From NCBI GenBank assembly GCA_052387855.1, contig JBQTIT010000007.1, forward strand, positions 56,922 to 120,921: 64,000 nt of DNA, read 5' to 3'. This document shows positions 48,173 to 60,447 of the stretch, piece after piece. The notes under the pieces are model-generated. The model saw only the letters and a program-made list of their open reading frames with translations, did no database searches and was not told where the DNA came from. A program made the translations under genes and the position numbers. Each line of letters begins with the position of its first letter. Position 1 is the stretch's first letter. This DNA is from Paracoccaceae bacterium (GTDB lineage Bacteria; Pseudomonadota; Alphaproteobacteria; Rhodobacterales; Rhodobacteraceae).

Positions 48173-49285
48173 TTGGCCGAAGACCTGTCGCAATTGGGTC
48201 TGCATGACCTTCACACGGAACTCGGCGGCCGGATGGTGCCCTTTGCGGGCTATCTCATGCCGGTGCAGTACCCGGCCGGGGTGATGAAGGAACACCTTCA
48301 CACCCGCGCTGCCGCCGGGCTTTTCGATGTCAGCCACATGGGCCAGATCGTCCTGCGCCCCAGGGCCGGGATGGCCGCGCTGTGCCTGGCGTTCGAGGCG
48401 CTGATGCCGGTCGATGTGCTGGGCCTGGCCGAGGGCCGGCAGCGCTATGGACTCTTGACCAGCGAGACCGGGGGCATCCTTGACGATCTGATGTTCGCCA
48501 ATCGGGGCGATCATCTTTTCGTCGTCGTCAACGCCGCCCGCAAGGCCGAGGATCTGGCGCATCTGCGCGCGCATCTGTCCGGCGTGGCCGAGATCGATTA
48601 CCTTGAGGACCGCGCGCTGCTGGCCTTGCAGGGGCCGCTGGCCGAGGCGGCGCTGGCCCGGGTGATCCCCGGGGTTGCCGCGATGCGGTTCATGGATGTC
48701 GGTATCTTCGGGCAGGTCTGGGTCAGCCGGTCGGGCTATACCGGCGAGGACGGATATGAGATTTCCCTGCCGATGGATCAGGCGCGGGCCTTTGCCGGCC
48801 GGCTACTGGCCATGCCCGAGGTGCTGCCCATCGGCCTTGGCGCGCGCGACAGCCTGCGGCTTGAGGCCGGCCTGTGCCTTTACGGCCACGACATCACCGA
48901 GGGCACCAGCCCGGTCGAGGCGGGGCTGACCTGGGCGATCCAGAAGGTGCGCCGCGCCGGCGGCGCCCGCGAAGGCGGCTTTGCCGGGCACGAGCGCATC
49001 CTGCGCGAGCTGGCCACCGGCCCCGAGCGTCTGCGCGTCGGCCTGCGCCCCGAGGGCCGCGCGCCGATGCGCGAGGGCACCGCGCTTTTCGCCCCCGACG
49101 GCACGCCGCTGGGCGAGGTCACCTCGGGCGGCTTTGGCCCTTCGGCCGAGGCGCCGATCGCCATGGGCTATGTTCCGGCCGCCTTTGCCGTGCCGGGCAC
49201 GCCGCTTTTGGGCGAGGTGCGGGGCAAGAGCCTGCCCGTCACCGTCGCGCCGATGCCATTCCATCCCACAACCTACAAACGCTGA
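48173..49285 (+). CDS. gcvT: Glycine cleavage system aminomethyltransferase (T protein)
   Basis: MVPFAGYLMPVQY...LFDVSHMGQI motifs. TTG start. 370 aa. Confidence 0.95.
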   Translation: MAEDLSQLGLHDLHTELGGRMVPFAGYLMPVQYPAGVMKEHLHTRAAAGLFDVSHMGQIVLRPRAGMAALCLAFEALMPVDVLGLAEGRQRYGLLTSETGGILDDLMFANRGDHLFVVVNAARKAEDLAHLRAHLSGVAEIDYLEDRALLALQGPLAEAALARVIPGVAAMRFMDVGIFGQVWVSRSGYTGEDGYEISLPMDQARAFAGRLLAMPEVLPIGLGARDSLRLEAGLCLYGHDITEGTSPVEAGLTWAIQKVRRAGGAREGGFAGHERILRELATGPERLRVGLRPEGRAPMREGTALFAPDGTPLGEVTSGGFGPSAEAPIAMGYVPAAFAVPGTPLLGEVRGKSLPVTVAPMPFHPTTYKR

Positions 49286-49294
49286 GGACCGATC

Positions 49295-49654
49295 ATGAAA
49301 TTTACCAAAGACCACGAATGGCTGCGGATCGAGGGCGATCTGGTGGTGGTGGGCATCACCGAACATGCCGCGACAGCGCTGGGCGATGTGGTGTTCGTCG
49401 AGCTGCCCGAGGCGGAGACCATCGTCGCCGAGGGCGACGAGGTCTGCGTGATCGAAAGCGTCAAGGCCGCCTCGGACATCCTGGCGCCGGTCGACGGCGA
49501 GATCGTCGCGGTCAACGAGGCCCTGGTCGACAACCCCGGCCTGGTGAACACCGACCCCACCGGCGCGGCCTGGTTCTTCAAGATGAAGCTCGACGATCTG
49601 GCCGTACTGGACCAGTTCATGGACGAGGACGAATATAACGAGCTGATCGGCTGA
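49295..49654 (+). CDS. gcvH: Glycine cleavage system H protein
   Basis: Lipoyl-lysine motif IESVKAASD. 119 aa. Confidence 0.96.
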   Translation: MKFTKDHEWLRIEGDLVVVGITEHAATALGDVVFVELPEAETIVAEGDEVCVIESVKAASDILAPVDGEIVAVNEALVDNPGLVNTDPTGAAWFFKMKLDDLAVLDQFMDEDEYNELIG

Positions 49655-49718
49655 GATCGGTGCGAATGGCCGGGCGCAAGCGGCGCCCGGCCCCCTTATG
49701 AGCCCCCGGGGCACGCCC

Positions 49719-52559
<2,841 letters not shown>

Positions 52560-52633
52560 GGGGGCCAAAGGCCCGTCGCCGGCGCCTGCCTCCGGGGGCT
52601 ATGTGGAGGGGGCCACCTGCGCCGCCGGACTTT

Positions 52634-53165
52634 GGCCGAGGCTCTCGCCGAGGTCATGCGCGCCGCCCGCCCCATTCCCGCCGAGGGCCCCAAAGGCCCT
52701 CGGCCAGCGCCTGCCCCGCTCATGGCGGGCGCTCCGCACCCGCCGGGTCGGGCGCTGTCCTCTGTCAGTGTTGCGGAACCGGTTCAGCCGCACCGTTCCC
52801 ACCCGGGCGGGGAAAGGCAGTGCCTTTCCTTCTCCGCCCGGGGCCTGACCGAGGCTATCGCCGAGGTCATGAGAGCCGCCAGGCTCATCCCTGGTCGAGG
52901 GCCCCAAAGGCCCTCGGCCAGCGCCCGACCCCCGGAGGGAGGGCGCTCCACGCCCTCCGGGTCGGGCGCTGGCCTCTGACAGCTATGCGGAACCGGTTGT
53001 GCCGCACCGTTCCTACTCGGGCGGGAAAACGCAGTGCGTTTTCCTCTGCGCCCGACTTGGCCGAGGCACTCGCCGAGGTCATATGGGACGCCCGCCCCAT
53101 CACCGGTCGAGGGCCCCATAGGCCCTCGGCCAGCGCCCGACATCCATGCGGAACCGGTCGCCCCG
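52634..53165. repeat. About 2.5 tandem copies of a 212-213-bp hairpin-rich intergenic repeat
   Basis: Unit starts GGCCGAGGCTCTCGCCGAGGTCATG (52634), GACCGAGGCTATCGCCGAGGTCATG (52847) and GGCCGAGGCACTCGCCGAGGTCAT (53059). Each unit carries CGAGGGCCCCAAAGGCCCTCG. Units 1 and 2 also carry GGAAAGGCAGTGCCTTTCC-type hairpins. Confidence 0.88.
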
Positions 53166-53217
53166 CCGCCGCTTCCGCCTTGCCTTGGGCGCCGGGATCG
53201 GCCAGCTTGGCCGCGCC

Positions 53218-53925
53218 ATGACCAACCCCCGCCTCAAGAACCTTGCCCAGGGTCTGATCGCCGCCCTTCCCATCGCGCTGGGGTACTTCCCCATCGCCTT
53301 TGCCTTTGGCGCCTCGGCCACCGGGCTGGGCCTGTCGGGGGTCGAGGCCTTTGCCCTGTCGCTGATCATCTATGCGGGCGCGGCGCAGTTTCTGGCGCTG
53401 GTGCTGATCGGCAGCGGGGCGCCGTTTCTGGTTTCGGCCGTGACGCTGGTGGCGATGAACATCCGGCATGTGCTTTACGGGCCGGCGCTGCTGAAACGTG
53501 CCGGCCCGAAGGCCCGCTTGCGGGGGGCCTGGGCCTGGGCCTTTGGCCTGACGGATGAGGTGTTCGCCGCCGCGCTGGGCCATCTGGCGCGCGGACGGCC
53601 GGTCTCGGGCGCTTTCATGGGGGGGCTATCGCTGGGCGCCTACGCCTCCTGGCTGGGGGGCACGGCGCTGGGGGCCTTTGCCGGAGGCGGCGCGTTGTCG
53701 GGTCTGCCGGCGGTCGAGGCGGCGCTGGGATTCATGCTGCCGGCGCTTTTCCTCGCGCTGCTGCTGTCGATCCTGTCGCGGGCGCAGCTTGGGGTCATCC
53801 TGATCGCGGGCGGCGTGGCGGTGGTTCTGGCGCTGAGCTGGTCGGCAACCGCCGGGGTTCTGGGCGGCATGCTGTCCGGCGCCTTGGCCGGCGTTCTGGG
53901 CCTTGGAGGGCGCGATGAGACCTGA
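53218..53925 (+). CDS. azlC: AzlC-family branched-chain amino-acid transport protein
   Basis: LPIALGYFPIAFAFGA...IIYAGAAQF...NIRHVLYG motifs. Followed by azlD. Confidence 0.85.
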   Translation: MTNPRLKNLAQGLIAALPIALGYFPIAFAFGASATGLGLSGVEAFALSLIIYAGAAQFLALVLIGSGAPFLVSAVTLVAMNIRHVLYGPALLKRAGPKARLRGAWAWAFGLTDEVFAAALGHLARGRPVSGAFMGGLSLGAYASWLGGTALGAFAGGGALSGLPAVEAALGFMLPALFLALLLSILSRAQLGVILIAGGVAVVLALSWSATAGVLGGMLSGALAGVLGLGGRDET

Positions 53926-54235
53926 GATCCTGACGCTCTGCCTGATCGTCGGAGCCTTTACCTATGCCTTTCGCGCGCTGCCGACACGGATGGACCAAAG
54001 CCGCATTCCCGCGACCGGCGCCCTGTCGCGGTTTCTGGCGGCGACCGGCCCCTCGGCGATCGCGACGCTTTTCGTTGTGTCCTTTCTGTCCGTGACCCGA
54101 GCCGAGGCGGCAGCGCTTCTCCCCGCGCTTGCCGGAACCTTTGCCGTCGTGGTCCTGTACCGCGCCACCGGATCGGTGGTGGCGGCGACCCTGGCGGGCT
54201 CGGCCCTCTATGGCGTGGTCCATCTTCTGGCCTGA
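53915..54235 (+). CDS. azlD: AzlD-family small membrane protein
   Basis: 106-aa hydrophobic protein. ATG 53915 after GGAGGG. Overlaps the azlC stop. Confidence 0.75.
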   Translation: MRPEILTLCLIVGAFTYAFRALPTRMDQSRIPATGALSRFLAATGPSAIATLFVVSFLSVTRAEAAALLPALAGTFAVVVLYRATGSVVAATLAGSALYGVVHLLA

Positions 54236-54294
54236 ACCCTTGACCCGGCGCGCCGCCCTTCCCACATATGACGCAAATGGAATGTGAGGCGGTC

Positions 54295-54735
54295 ATGACG
54301 GAAAAGATCAGGCTCTGCTGCGCGGTCTGCGGCCAGATGAACGGCTTTGCGGCCGACCGGCTGGCAGCGGGGCCCAAATGCGGCTCTTGCGGCGAGGCGC
54401 TGGCCGACGGGCGGGTGCATGAGCTGGACGGCGGCGCGCATGACCGCGCCACCCGGTCCGACGATCTGCCGATCCTCGTCGACTACTGGGCGCCCTGGTG
54501 CGGACCCTGCCGGATGATGGCGCCCGAATTCGCCAAGGCGGCCAAGACCCTGGCCCCGCGCCTGCGCCTGGCCAAGCTGAACACCGAAGAGCATCCGGAC
54601 ATCGCCGCCCGGGCGCAGATCAGGGGGATCCCGGCGCTTGTGCTCTACCACCGGGGCCACGAGGTCGGCCGCCTCGCCGGCGCGCGGCCCGCGGCCGAGA
54701 TCGTCGCCTTTGCACGCAGCGCCGTGCCGGGCTGA
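54295..54735 (+). CDS. trxC: Thioredoxin 2 (zinc-finger N-terminal extension)
   Basis: CAVCGQ...CGSCGE zinc finger plus the WAPWCGPC active site. Confidence 0.88.
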   Translation: MTEKIRLCCAVCGQMNGFAADRLAAGPKCGSCGEALADGRVHELDGGAHDRATRSDDLPILVDYWAPWCGPCRMMAPEFAKAAKTLAPRLRLAKLNTEEHPDIAARAQIRGIPALVLYHRGHEVGRLAGARPAAEIVAFARSAVPG

Positions 54736-54802
54736 GGCCGGGGCAAAGCACCTGTGATTTCGCCCAAAGGGCGGCTATCGTGACCCGGGCAACGGGGAAG
54801 GC

Positions 54803-56197
54803 ATGGCCATGTCCGGCAGGAGCGCGGCAACGGGATGGGCGGGGCTCTCGCTGGCGGGGCAGTTTGCCCTTGCCGGAAGCCTGGTCATCCTGGCCGCCGC
54901 GCTGGCCGTAGGCGGGCTGGTGGCGGGGCGGATCGAAAGGGTCGTGGTGCACAACACCGCCAATGCCAACGCGCTTTACATGGAAAGCTTTGTCGGAGCG
55001 CTGACCCAGAACCTGACCCAGCACGACACGCTTGCTAGCCGCAGCAAAAAGGGCCTGTCCGAGCTTCTGGCGCTGTCGCAGGTCGGCAAGACCGTGGTCT
55101 CGTTCAAGGTCTGGCGGCCGGGGGGGCTGGTGATCGACGCGTCGGACCCCGACCAGATCGGCAAGACCTTTCCCATCGCCGAAAACCTGGCCGGCGCCTT
55201 TGCCGGATCGGTCACCGCCGAGTTCGAGCAGCACCGCGACGAAGAGGACGCCGCCGAGGGGGCGCTCGATCTGCCTCTGCTTGAAATCTACACCCCGATC
55301 CGCAACTCGGCCGGCGGCGAGGTGATCGCCGTGGTCGAGTTCTACATGATCGCCGAAGAGCTCAAGCGCGACATCTTTCGCGCCCGGTTGCAGACCTGGG
55401 CCCTTGTGGTCGGAATCCTTTCGCTGATCTTTGCCGCGCTGTTCCTGATCGTCCTGCGCGGCTCGCGCACGATCGACGCGCAGCTCGTGGCGCTGACAGA
55501 AATGTCCGGGCGCAACGTCGCGCTGCGGGTGCAGATCCAGAACGCCGCAGAGCGGGCGGCGACGTTGTCCGAACGCACGCTGCGCCAGATCGGCGCCGAT
55601 CTGCACGACGGGCCGGCGCAGCTTATGGCCTTTGCCGCCCTGCGCCTCGATGCCCTGGCCGGCCGGCAGGACGGCGAGGCCGGCAAGGCCGTGCTGGACG
55701 AGGTGCGCGGCGCCGTGAGCGAGGCGATCACCGAGATTCGCAACCTCTCGCGCGGGATGTCGGTGCCGGATTTGGACCGGCGCGACATGGGCGAGGTTCT
55801 GCGCGATCTGGCCGAGGCCCATGCCGCACGCAGCGGCACGAAGGTGGAGTTTGCCGCGCCGGACCCCGGCACGTTGGGCGAGCTTCCGGCGGCGCTGCGG
55901 CTGTGCCTTTACCGGTTCGTGCAAGAGGGGTTGAACAATTCCTGGCGCCACGCCGGCGGGCTGGGACAAGAGCTGCGGATCGAACGCCAGGGCGCCCGTC
56001 TGCGGGTCAGTGTGCTGGACCGGGGTCCCGGCTTTGCCGCCGCCGGCGCGGCGGGCGATGGTGCCAGGACGGGGCGGCTTGGGCTTGACGGGCTGCGGGA
56101 CCGGGTAGAGGCTCTGGGCGGACGGCTGGACTGCCTGGACCGCGCGCCTTTGGGGACCGGAGCAGAGCTGCGCATGACGATCGAGGTGGGCGGATGA
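54803..56197 (+). CDS. Sensor histidine kinase (HisKA_3/NarX-type)
   Basis: Two N-terminal TM segments, H-box IGADLHDGPAQLM and a C-terminal HATPase domain (GLNNSWRHA...DRGPGF...GLDGLRDRVEALGG). Confidence 0.85.
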   Translation: MAMSGRSAATGWAGLSLAGQFALAGSLVILAAALAVGGLVAGRIERVVVHNTANANALYMESFVGALTQNLTQHDTLASRSKKGLSELLALSQVGKTVVSFKVWRPGGLVIDASDPDQIGKTFPIAENLAGAFAGSVTAEFEQHRDEEDAAEGALDLPLLEIYTPIRNSAGGEVIAVVEFYMIAEELKRDIFRARLQTWALVVGILSLIFAALFLIVLRGSRTIDAQLVALTEMSGRNVALRVQIQNAAERAATLSERTLRQIGADLHDGPAQLMAFAALRLDALAGRQDGEAGKAVLDEVRGAVSEAITEIRNLSRGMSVPDLDRRDMGEVLRDLAEAHAARSGTKVEFAAPDPGTLGELPAALRLCLYRFVQEGLNNSWRHAGGLGQELRIERQGARLRVSVLDRGPGFAAAGAAGDGARTGRLGLDGLRDRVEALGGRLDCLDRAPLGTGAELRMTIEVGG

Positions 56198-56859
56198 CCT
56201 TGGAGGGCAGGGATCTTGGCATTCTTCTGGTCGATGACCATCCGATCTATCGCGAGGGGCTGGCGCGCACCCTTGCGGACGAGCCGGGAATGGCGGTGGT
56301 CGGACAGGCCGCCGACGGCGCGCGCGCCGTCGAGCTGGCGCGCGCGCTGACACCGGACATCGTTCTGCTTGACCTTTCGATGCCACGGGGCGGCGGGCTC
56401 GCGGTGCTGGCCACGCTGATGCAGGACCCGCGCCCGCCGCTGGTGGTGGTGCTGACCGCGTCCGAATCCGAAGATGACCTTCGCCAGGCGCTGCGCCTGG
56501 GCGCGCAGGGCTATGTGCTCAAGGGCGTTGGCGGGCAGCAACTGACCGGGATTCTGCGCGATGTGGCCGCCGGGCGCACCCATGTCGCGCCGGGCCTGGC
56601 CGGCCGGATCCTGGCCCAGGTCCGCGGCCCGCGCGAGGACGCCGCGACGGCATCGGCCAACCCGCTGTCGGACCTGTCCCGCCGCGAGACCGACATCCTG
56701 CGTCTGGTCGCGCAGGGCATGTCGAACCGCGAGGTCGGCGAGCGGCTGGACTTGCAGGAAAAGACCGTCAAGCACTACATGACCGCGATCCTGCAAAAGC
56801 TGCACCTGCGCAACCGGGTCGAGGCCGCGATCCTGGCGCGCGAGCATCTGCTGACCTGA
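56194..56859 (+). CDS. NarL/LuxR-family response regulator
   Basis: Receiver domain [13 protein letters not shown]...[10 protein letters not shown], plus Lux[40 protein letters not shown]. 4-nt overlap with the kinase gene. Confidence 0.92.
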   Translation: MTLEGRDLGILLVDDHPIYREGLARTLADEPGMAVVGQAADGARAVELARALTPDIVLLDLSMPRGGGLAVLATLMQDPRPPLVVVLTASESEDDLRQALRLGAQGYVLKGVGGQQLTGILRDVAAGRTHVAPGLAGRILAQVRGPREDAATASANPLSDLSRRETDILRLVAQGMSNREVGERLDLQEKTVKHYMTAILQKLHLRNRVEAAILAREHLLT

Positions 56860-56938
56860 ACCGCGCGGGGAGCCCAAGATTTTTCGCGCGGCTTTCTTGA
56901 CATTCCGCCCGGCTGGGGCGAAATGTGCATCCGGTCTT

Positions 56939-57014
<76 letters not shown>

Positions 57015-57159
57015 AAGACCGGTTCCTGAAATCATCCGCCGCCGCCGCGCGCCCCTTGCCCCTGGGCGGGCGTGGGTTGCGCTTTGGGCCGGATTTTGGG
57101 ATGGTAGCGCAAACACCGACACGGGCCGTCAGCAGGGCCGCACTTCCTGGAGGAATACC

Positions 57160-57945
57160 ATGCCACTTCGCGTCACCGTCTGGGGCGAGAACGTTCACGA
57201 GCACAAGAACAAGGTCGTCGCGCAAGTCTATCCGCTGACCATGCATGGCACCATCGCCGCCGTGTTGAACCGGGACGCGGGCATCACCGCGACGACGGCC
57301 ACGCTTCAGGAGCCCGAGCATGGCCTGACCGAAGAAAAGCTGGCCGCGACCGATGTGCTGATCTGGTGGGGCCACGCGGCGCACGGCGCGGTTGATGACG
57401 CGGTGGTCGAGCGGGTCTGCGCGGCGGTGCATGGCGGCATGGGCATGATCTTTCTGCATTCGGCGCATTTTTCAAAACCCTTCAAGCGGCTGATGGGCGC
57501 GCCTTGCAATCTGTCCTGGCGCGAGGCGGGCGAGCGTGAGCGGCTCTGGGTCACCTCGCGCAATCACCCGATCGCGGCCGGCCTGCCCGACCATTTCGAG
57601 ATCGAATTCGAAGAGATGTACGGCGAACCCTTTGGCGTGCCCGAACCGCTGGAGACAGTCTTTGTCTCGTGGTTCCAGGGCGGCGAGGTGTTCCGCTCGG
57701 GCCTGACCTACAAGCGCGGGGCGGGGAACGTGTTCTACTTCCGCCCGGGACACGAGACCTATCCGACCTATCATGACGCCAATGTCATGCGTGTGATCAC
57801 AAACGCGGTGCACTGGGCCCACAACCCCGCGCCGCGGCTTGCCAATCCTGGTGCCGCGCCGAACCGGCCGGTGTCGCAGGCGCTGGAGCCGATCACCGAA
57901 CGCGGGCCGCGCCTGCATCACGACGGCCAGGAGGGTCTGCGCTGA
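57160..57945 (+). CDS. ThuA-domain protein (trehalose-utilisation-like)
   Basis: 261 aa. [10 protein letters not shown]...LIWWGH...FLHS pattern, paired with a Gfo/Idh/MocA oxidoreductase as in thuAB. Confidence 0.8.
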   Translation: MPLRVTVWGENVHEHKNKVVAQVYPLTMHGTIAAVLNRDAGITATTATLQEPEHGLTEEKLAATDVLIWWGHAAHGAVDDAVVERVCAAVHGGMGMIFLHSAHFSKPFKRLMGAPCNLSWREAGERERLWVTSRNHPIAAGLPDHFEIEFEEMYGEPFGVPEPLETVFVSWFQGGEVFRSGLTYKRGAGNVFYFRPGHETYPTYHDANVMRVITNAVHWAHNPAPRLANPGAAPNRPVSQALEPITERGPRLHHDGQEGLR

Positions 57946-59003
57946 TGGTCCGCCCCGTTCGCATCCTGATCCTCGGCACCGGCGGCATGGCCAACAACCA
58001 CGCCGAGAAATTCAAGGAAATCGAAGGTGTCACCCTGGTGGGCGGGGTCGACACAAGGCCCGAGCAGCTTGCCGCCTTTTGCGCCAAGCATGGCATCGGG
58101 CGCGCCTTTGCCTCGCTGGACGAGGCGCTGGCCTGGGGGCAGTTCGACGCGGTGACCAATGTCACGCCCGACGCCGCGCATTATCCCACCACCATGCCGA
58201 TCCTGAAGGCCGGCAAGCATGTGCTGTGCGAAAAGCCGCTGGCCACGAACGAGGCGCATGCCGCCGAGATGGCGGCGGCGGCGCAGGCGGCCGGCGTCGT
58301 CAACATGGTCAACCTGTCCTACCGCAACGTCGCCGCCCTGCAAGAGGGCGCGCGGCTGGTGCGCGCGGGGGCGATCGGCGAGATCCGGCACTTCGAGGCC
58401 TCGTACCTGCAATCCTGGCTGTCGCAACCGGCCTGGGGGCAATGGGAAAAGGAAAGCCAGTGGCTGTGGCGCCTGTCCACCAGGCATGGATCAAAGGGCG
58501 TGCTGGGCGATGTCGGCATCCATATCCTGGACTTCGCGCTGTTCGTTGCGGGGATGGAGGCGGCCGAGGTCTCGTGCAGGCTGGCGACCTTTGCCAAGGC
58601 GCCGGGCGACCGGATCGGCGACTATACGCTGGACGCCAACGACAGTTGCACCTTGCAGCTTGTGCTGGCGAACGGCGCGCTGGGCACGGTTTCAGCCACG
58701 CGCTTTGCCACCGGGCATCTGAACGATCTGCGCCTGCGCCTGTATGGGCTGGCGGGCGGGATCGAGGTGGCCTGGGAGAAGGACATCAGCCGCCTGCGCC
58801 TGTGCAGCGGCGCGGATGTGCAAAAGGCCATCTGGCGCGATGTCGAGGCGCCGGTGCTGGCCAACATCTACCAGCGCTTTGTCGGCGCGATCCGGGGCGA
58901 GAATGCGCCCGAGCCGGATTTCGCCCGCGCGGCGATGCTCCAGCGTCTTCTGGACCGGGCCGAGCAGTCCGCCGCGCAGGCGGGCGGCAGCCTGCCGGTC
59001 TGA
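57945..59003 (+). CDS. Gfo/Idh/MocA-family NAD(P) oxidoreductase
   Basis: VRILILGTGGMANNHA Rossmann N-terminus and the EKPLA motif. ATGA overlap with the upstream gene. Confidence 0.9.
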   Translation: MVRPVRILILGTGGMANNHAEKFKEIEGVTLVGGVDTRPEQLAAFCAKHGIGRAFASLDEALAWGQFDAVTNVTPDAAHYPTTMPILKAGKHVLCEKPLATNEAHAAEMAAAAQAAGVVNMVNLSYRNVAALQEGARLVRAGAIGEIRHFEASYLQSWLSQPAWGQWEKESQWLWRLSTRHGSKGVLGDVGIHILDFALFVAGMEAAEVSCRLATFAKAPGDRIGDYTLDANDSCTLQLVLANGALGTVSATRFATGHLNDLRLRLYGLAGGIEVAWEKDISRLRLCSGADVQKAIWRDVEAPVLANIYQRFVGAIRGENAPEPDFARAAMLQRLLDRAEQSAAQAGGSLPV

Positions 59004-59011
59004 TCCCATCG

Positions 59012-59050
59012 CCCCGGCCCGGCGACCGGGCGGGGGCGATTTTCATTTTC
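59012..59050 (+). terminator. Intrinsic terminator after the oxidoreductase gene
   Basis: CCCCGGCCCGG-CGA-CCGGGCGGGGG stem (one mismatch), followed by CGATTTTCATTTTC. Confidence 0.55.
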
Positions 59051-59130
59051 CTGCAAAAAAGGCTTTGCATTCGATCAAAGTTGATCTCCACTTGAACAAT
59101 GACGATGGGGCTCACTTTCAGGAGGATGGG

Positions 59131-59613
59131 ATGGTTCGGGGATATTCGCGGGTCCAGATTGCGCTGCACTGGGCCGTCGTGCTGCTGATCATCGTTCAGC
59201 TTGTGACCAGCGGCGCCATGGGCGAGGTCTGGAAGACCGTCGAAGAGGGCGGCGAGCCGGTGGTCTCGGCCATGGCCTGGGCCCATGTCAACGCAGGCAT
59301 CGCGGTCTTGCTGCTGGTGCTGTGGCGCATCGGTCTGCGGCTGCGGCGCGGGGCGCCGGCCGCGCCGGACGGCCCGGCCCTGTTGCGATGGGCCGGGCGG
59401 CTGGCGCAACTGGCGCTGTATGCGCTGCTGATCCTGGTGCCGGTGTCGGGCATGATGGCCTGGTTCGGGGGCAACATGGCGGCGGCGGGGGCGCATGTGG
59501 CGCTCAAGAACGCGATCCTTGCGCTGGTGCTGCTGCATGTCGCGATGGCGCTGTTCCATCAGTTCGTGCGCAAGGACGGTCTGATGGACCGGATGAGCCG
59601 CCCCGAGGTCTGA
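59131..59613 (+). CDS. Cytochrome b561-family membrane protein
   Basis: ATG 59131 after AGGAGGA. YSRVQIALHWAVVLLII...HVALKNAILALVLLHVAMALFH gives four TM helices with conserved His. 160 aa. Confidence 0.8.
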   Translation: MVRGYSRVQIALHWAVVLLIIVQLVTSGAMGEVWKTVEEGGEPVVSAMAWAHVNAGIAVLLLVLWRIGLRLRRGAPAAPDGPALLRWAGRLAQLALYALLILVPVSGMMAWFGGNMAAAGAHVALKNAILALVLLHVAMALFHQFVRKDGLMDRMSRPEV

Positions 59614-59619
59614 ACCGGC

Positions 59620-60393
59620 TCAGGCGGTCAGGAAAAGGTCCACCGTCTGCTCGAACTCGCGCGGGCGCTCGGCATGCAGCCAGTGGCCCGCGCCCTGAAG
59701 ACGGGCAAAGCGGGCCTTTGGAAACTGCGCCAGGATCGCCGCGCGGTGCTCGGGCCGCACATAGGTGCTGAGCGCGCCGGTCAGAAACAGCGCCGGGCCG
59801 GGAAAGCTGCCCCCGGTGCCGGGCCAGCCGACGATCTTTGGCATCTCGGCCTCCAGCACATCCAGGTTGATCCGCCAGACCGGCCCGCCCGGCGCCTTGA
59901 GGTCCAGCGATTGCAGGAAAAAGGCGCGCAGGCCGGCGTCATCGACGCTTGCCGCCAGACGCCGGTCGGCCTCGGCCCGTGCGGACAGGCCCGCCAGATC
60001 AAGCCCGCGCATCGCCTGGATATGGCGCGACTGGTCATGCCCATAGGCCACCGGCGCGATGTCGGCCACGATCAGGCGCCGGATCAGATGGCCCCCGGTC
60101 AGCGCAAGCTGCATCGCCGCCTTGCCGCCCATCGAATGGCCCAGAAGGTCCGCCGTCCCGCCAAGCGCGCCGATCACCTCGGCCAGGTCGGCGGCCATGT
60201 CCGGGTAGCTGTGGCTGGCGTGGCGGGCCGAGGTGCCATGGTTGCGCATGTCCACCGCCACCACATGCCGCCGCGCCGCAAGGCGGCGGGCGATCACGCC
60301 CCAGTTGCGGGCAGAGCCGAACAGCCCGTGCGCGATCACCAGCGGCGGGGCCTGGGTCTGCGTTTCGGCGGGATGGTGGATCAGTGACAGCAT
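59620..60393 (-). CDS. Alpha/beta-fold hydrolase
   Basis: HGLFGS oxyanion region, GHSMGG nucleophile elbow and C-terminal GHWLH. Confidence 0.85.
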   Translation of the reverse strand: MLSLIHHPAETQTQAPPLVIAHGLFGSARNWGVIARRLAARRHVVAVDMRNHGTSARHASHSYPDMAADLAEVIGALGGTADLLGHSMGGKAAMQLALTGGHLIRRLIVADIAPVAYGHDQSRHIQAMRGLDLAGLSARAEADRRLAASVDDAGLRAFFLQSLDLKAPGGPVWRINLDVLEAEMPKIVGWPGTGGSFPGPALFLTGALSTYVRPEHRAAILAQFPKARFARLQGAGHWLHAERPREFEQTVDLFLTA

Positions 60394-60447
60394 GGGTCGG
60401 CTTTTAGGCCCACCGCGCCGGCTTGGCCAGAGACCGAGCAGCCTGGA

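Noticed and set aside
52634-53165. The possibility that the tandem repeats are a CRISPR array.
   Set aside because: The units are about 213 bp and directly contiguous. They have no short conserved repeat alternating with unique spacers, and no cas genes occur in the window.
52603-53583. ORFs of 80-370 aa on both strands across the 52.6-53.2 kb repeat region, for example 52603-52848 (+), 52632-52979 (+) and 52885-53583 (-).
   Set aside because: They are generated by the tandem repeat itself. The translations are repetitive and Arg/Pro-rich, several mutually overlapping frames are open, and palindromic hairpins dominate the DNA.
59073-59086. The palindrome GATCAAAGTTGATC upstream of the cytochrome b561 gene, considered as a regulator site.
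   Set aside because: It is short and matches no motif I can name, neither a Fur box nor an Irr ICE box. It is recorded only as a possible operator, and support is too weak for a finding.
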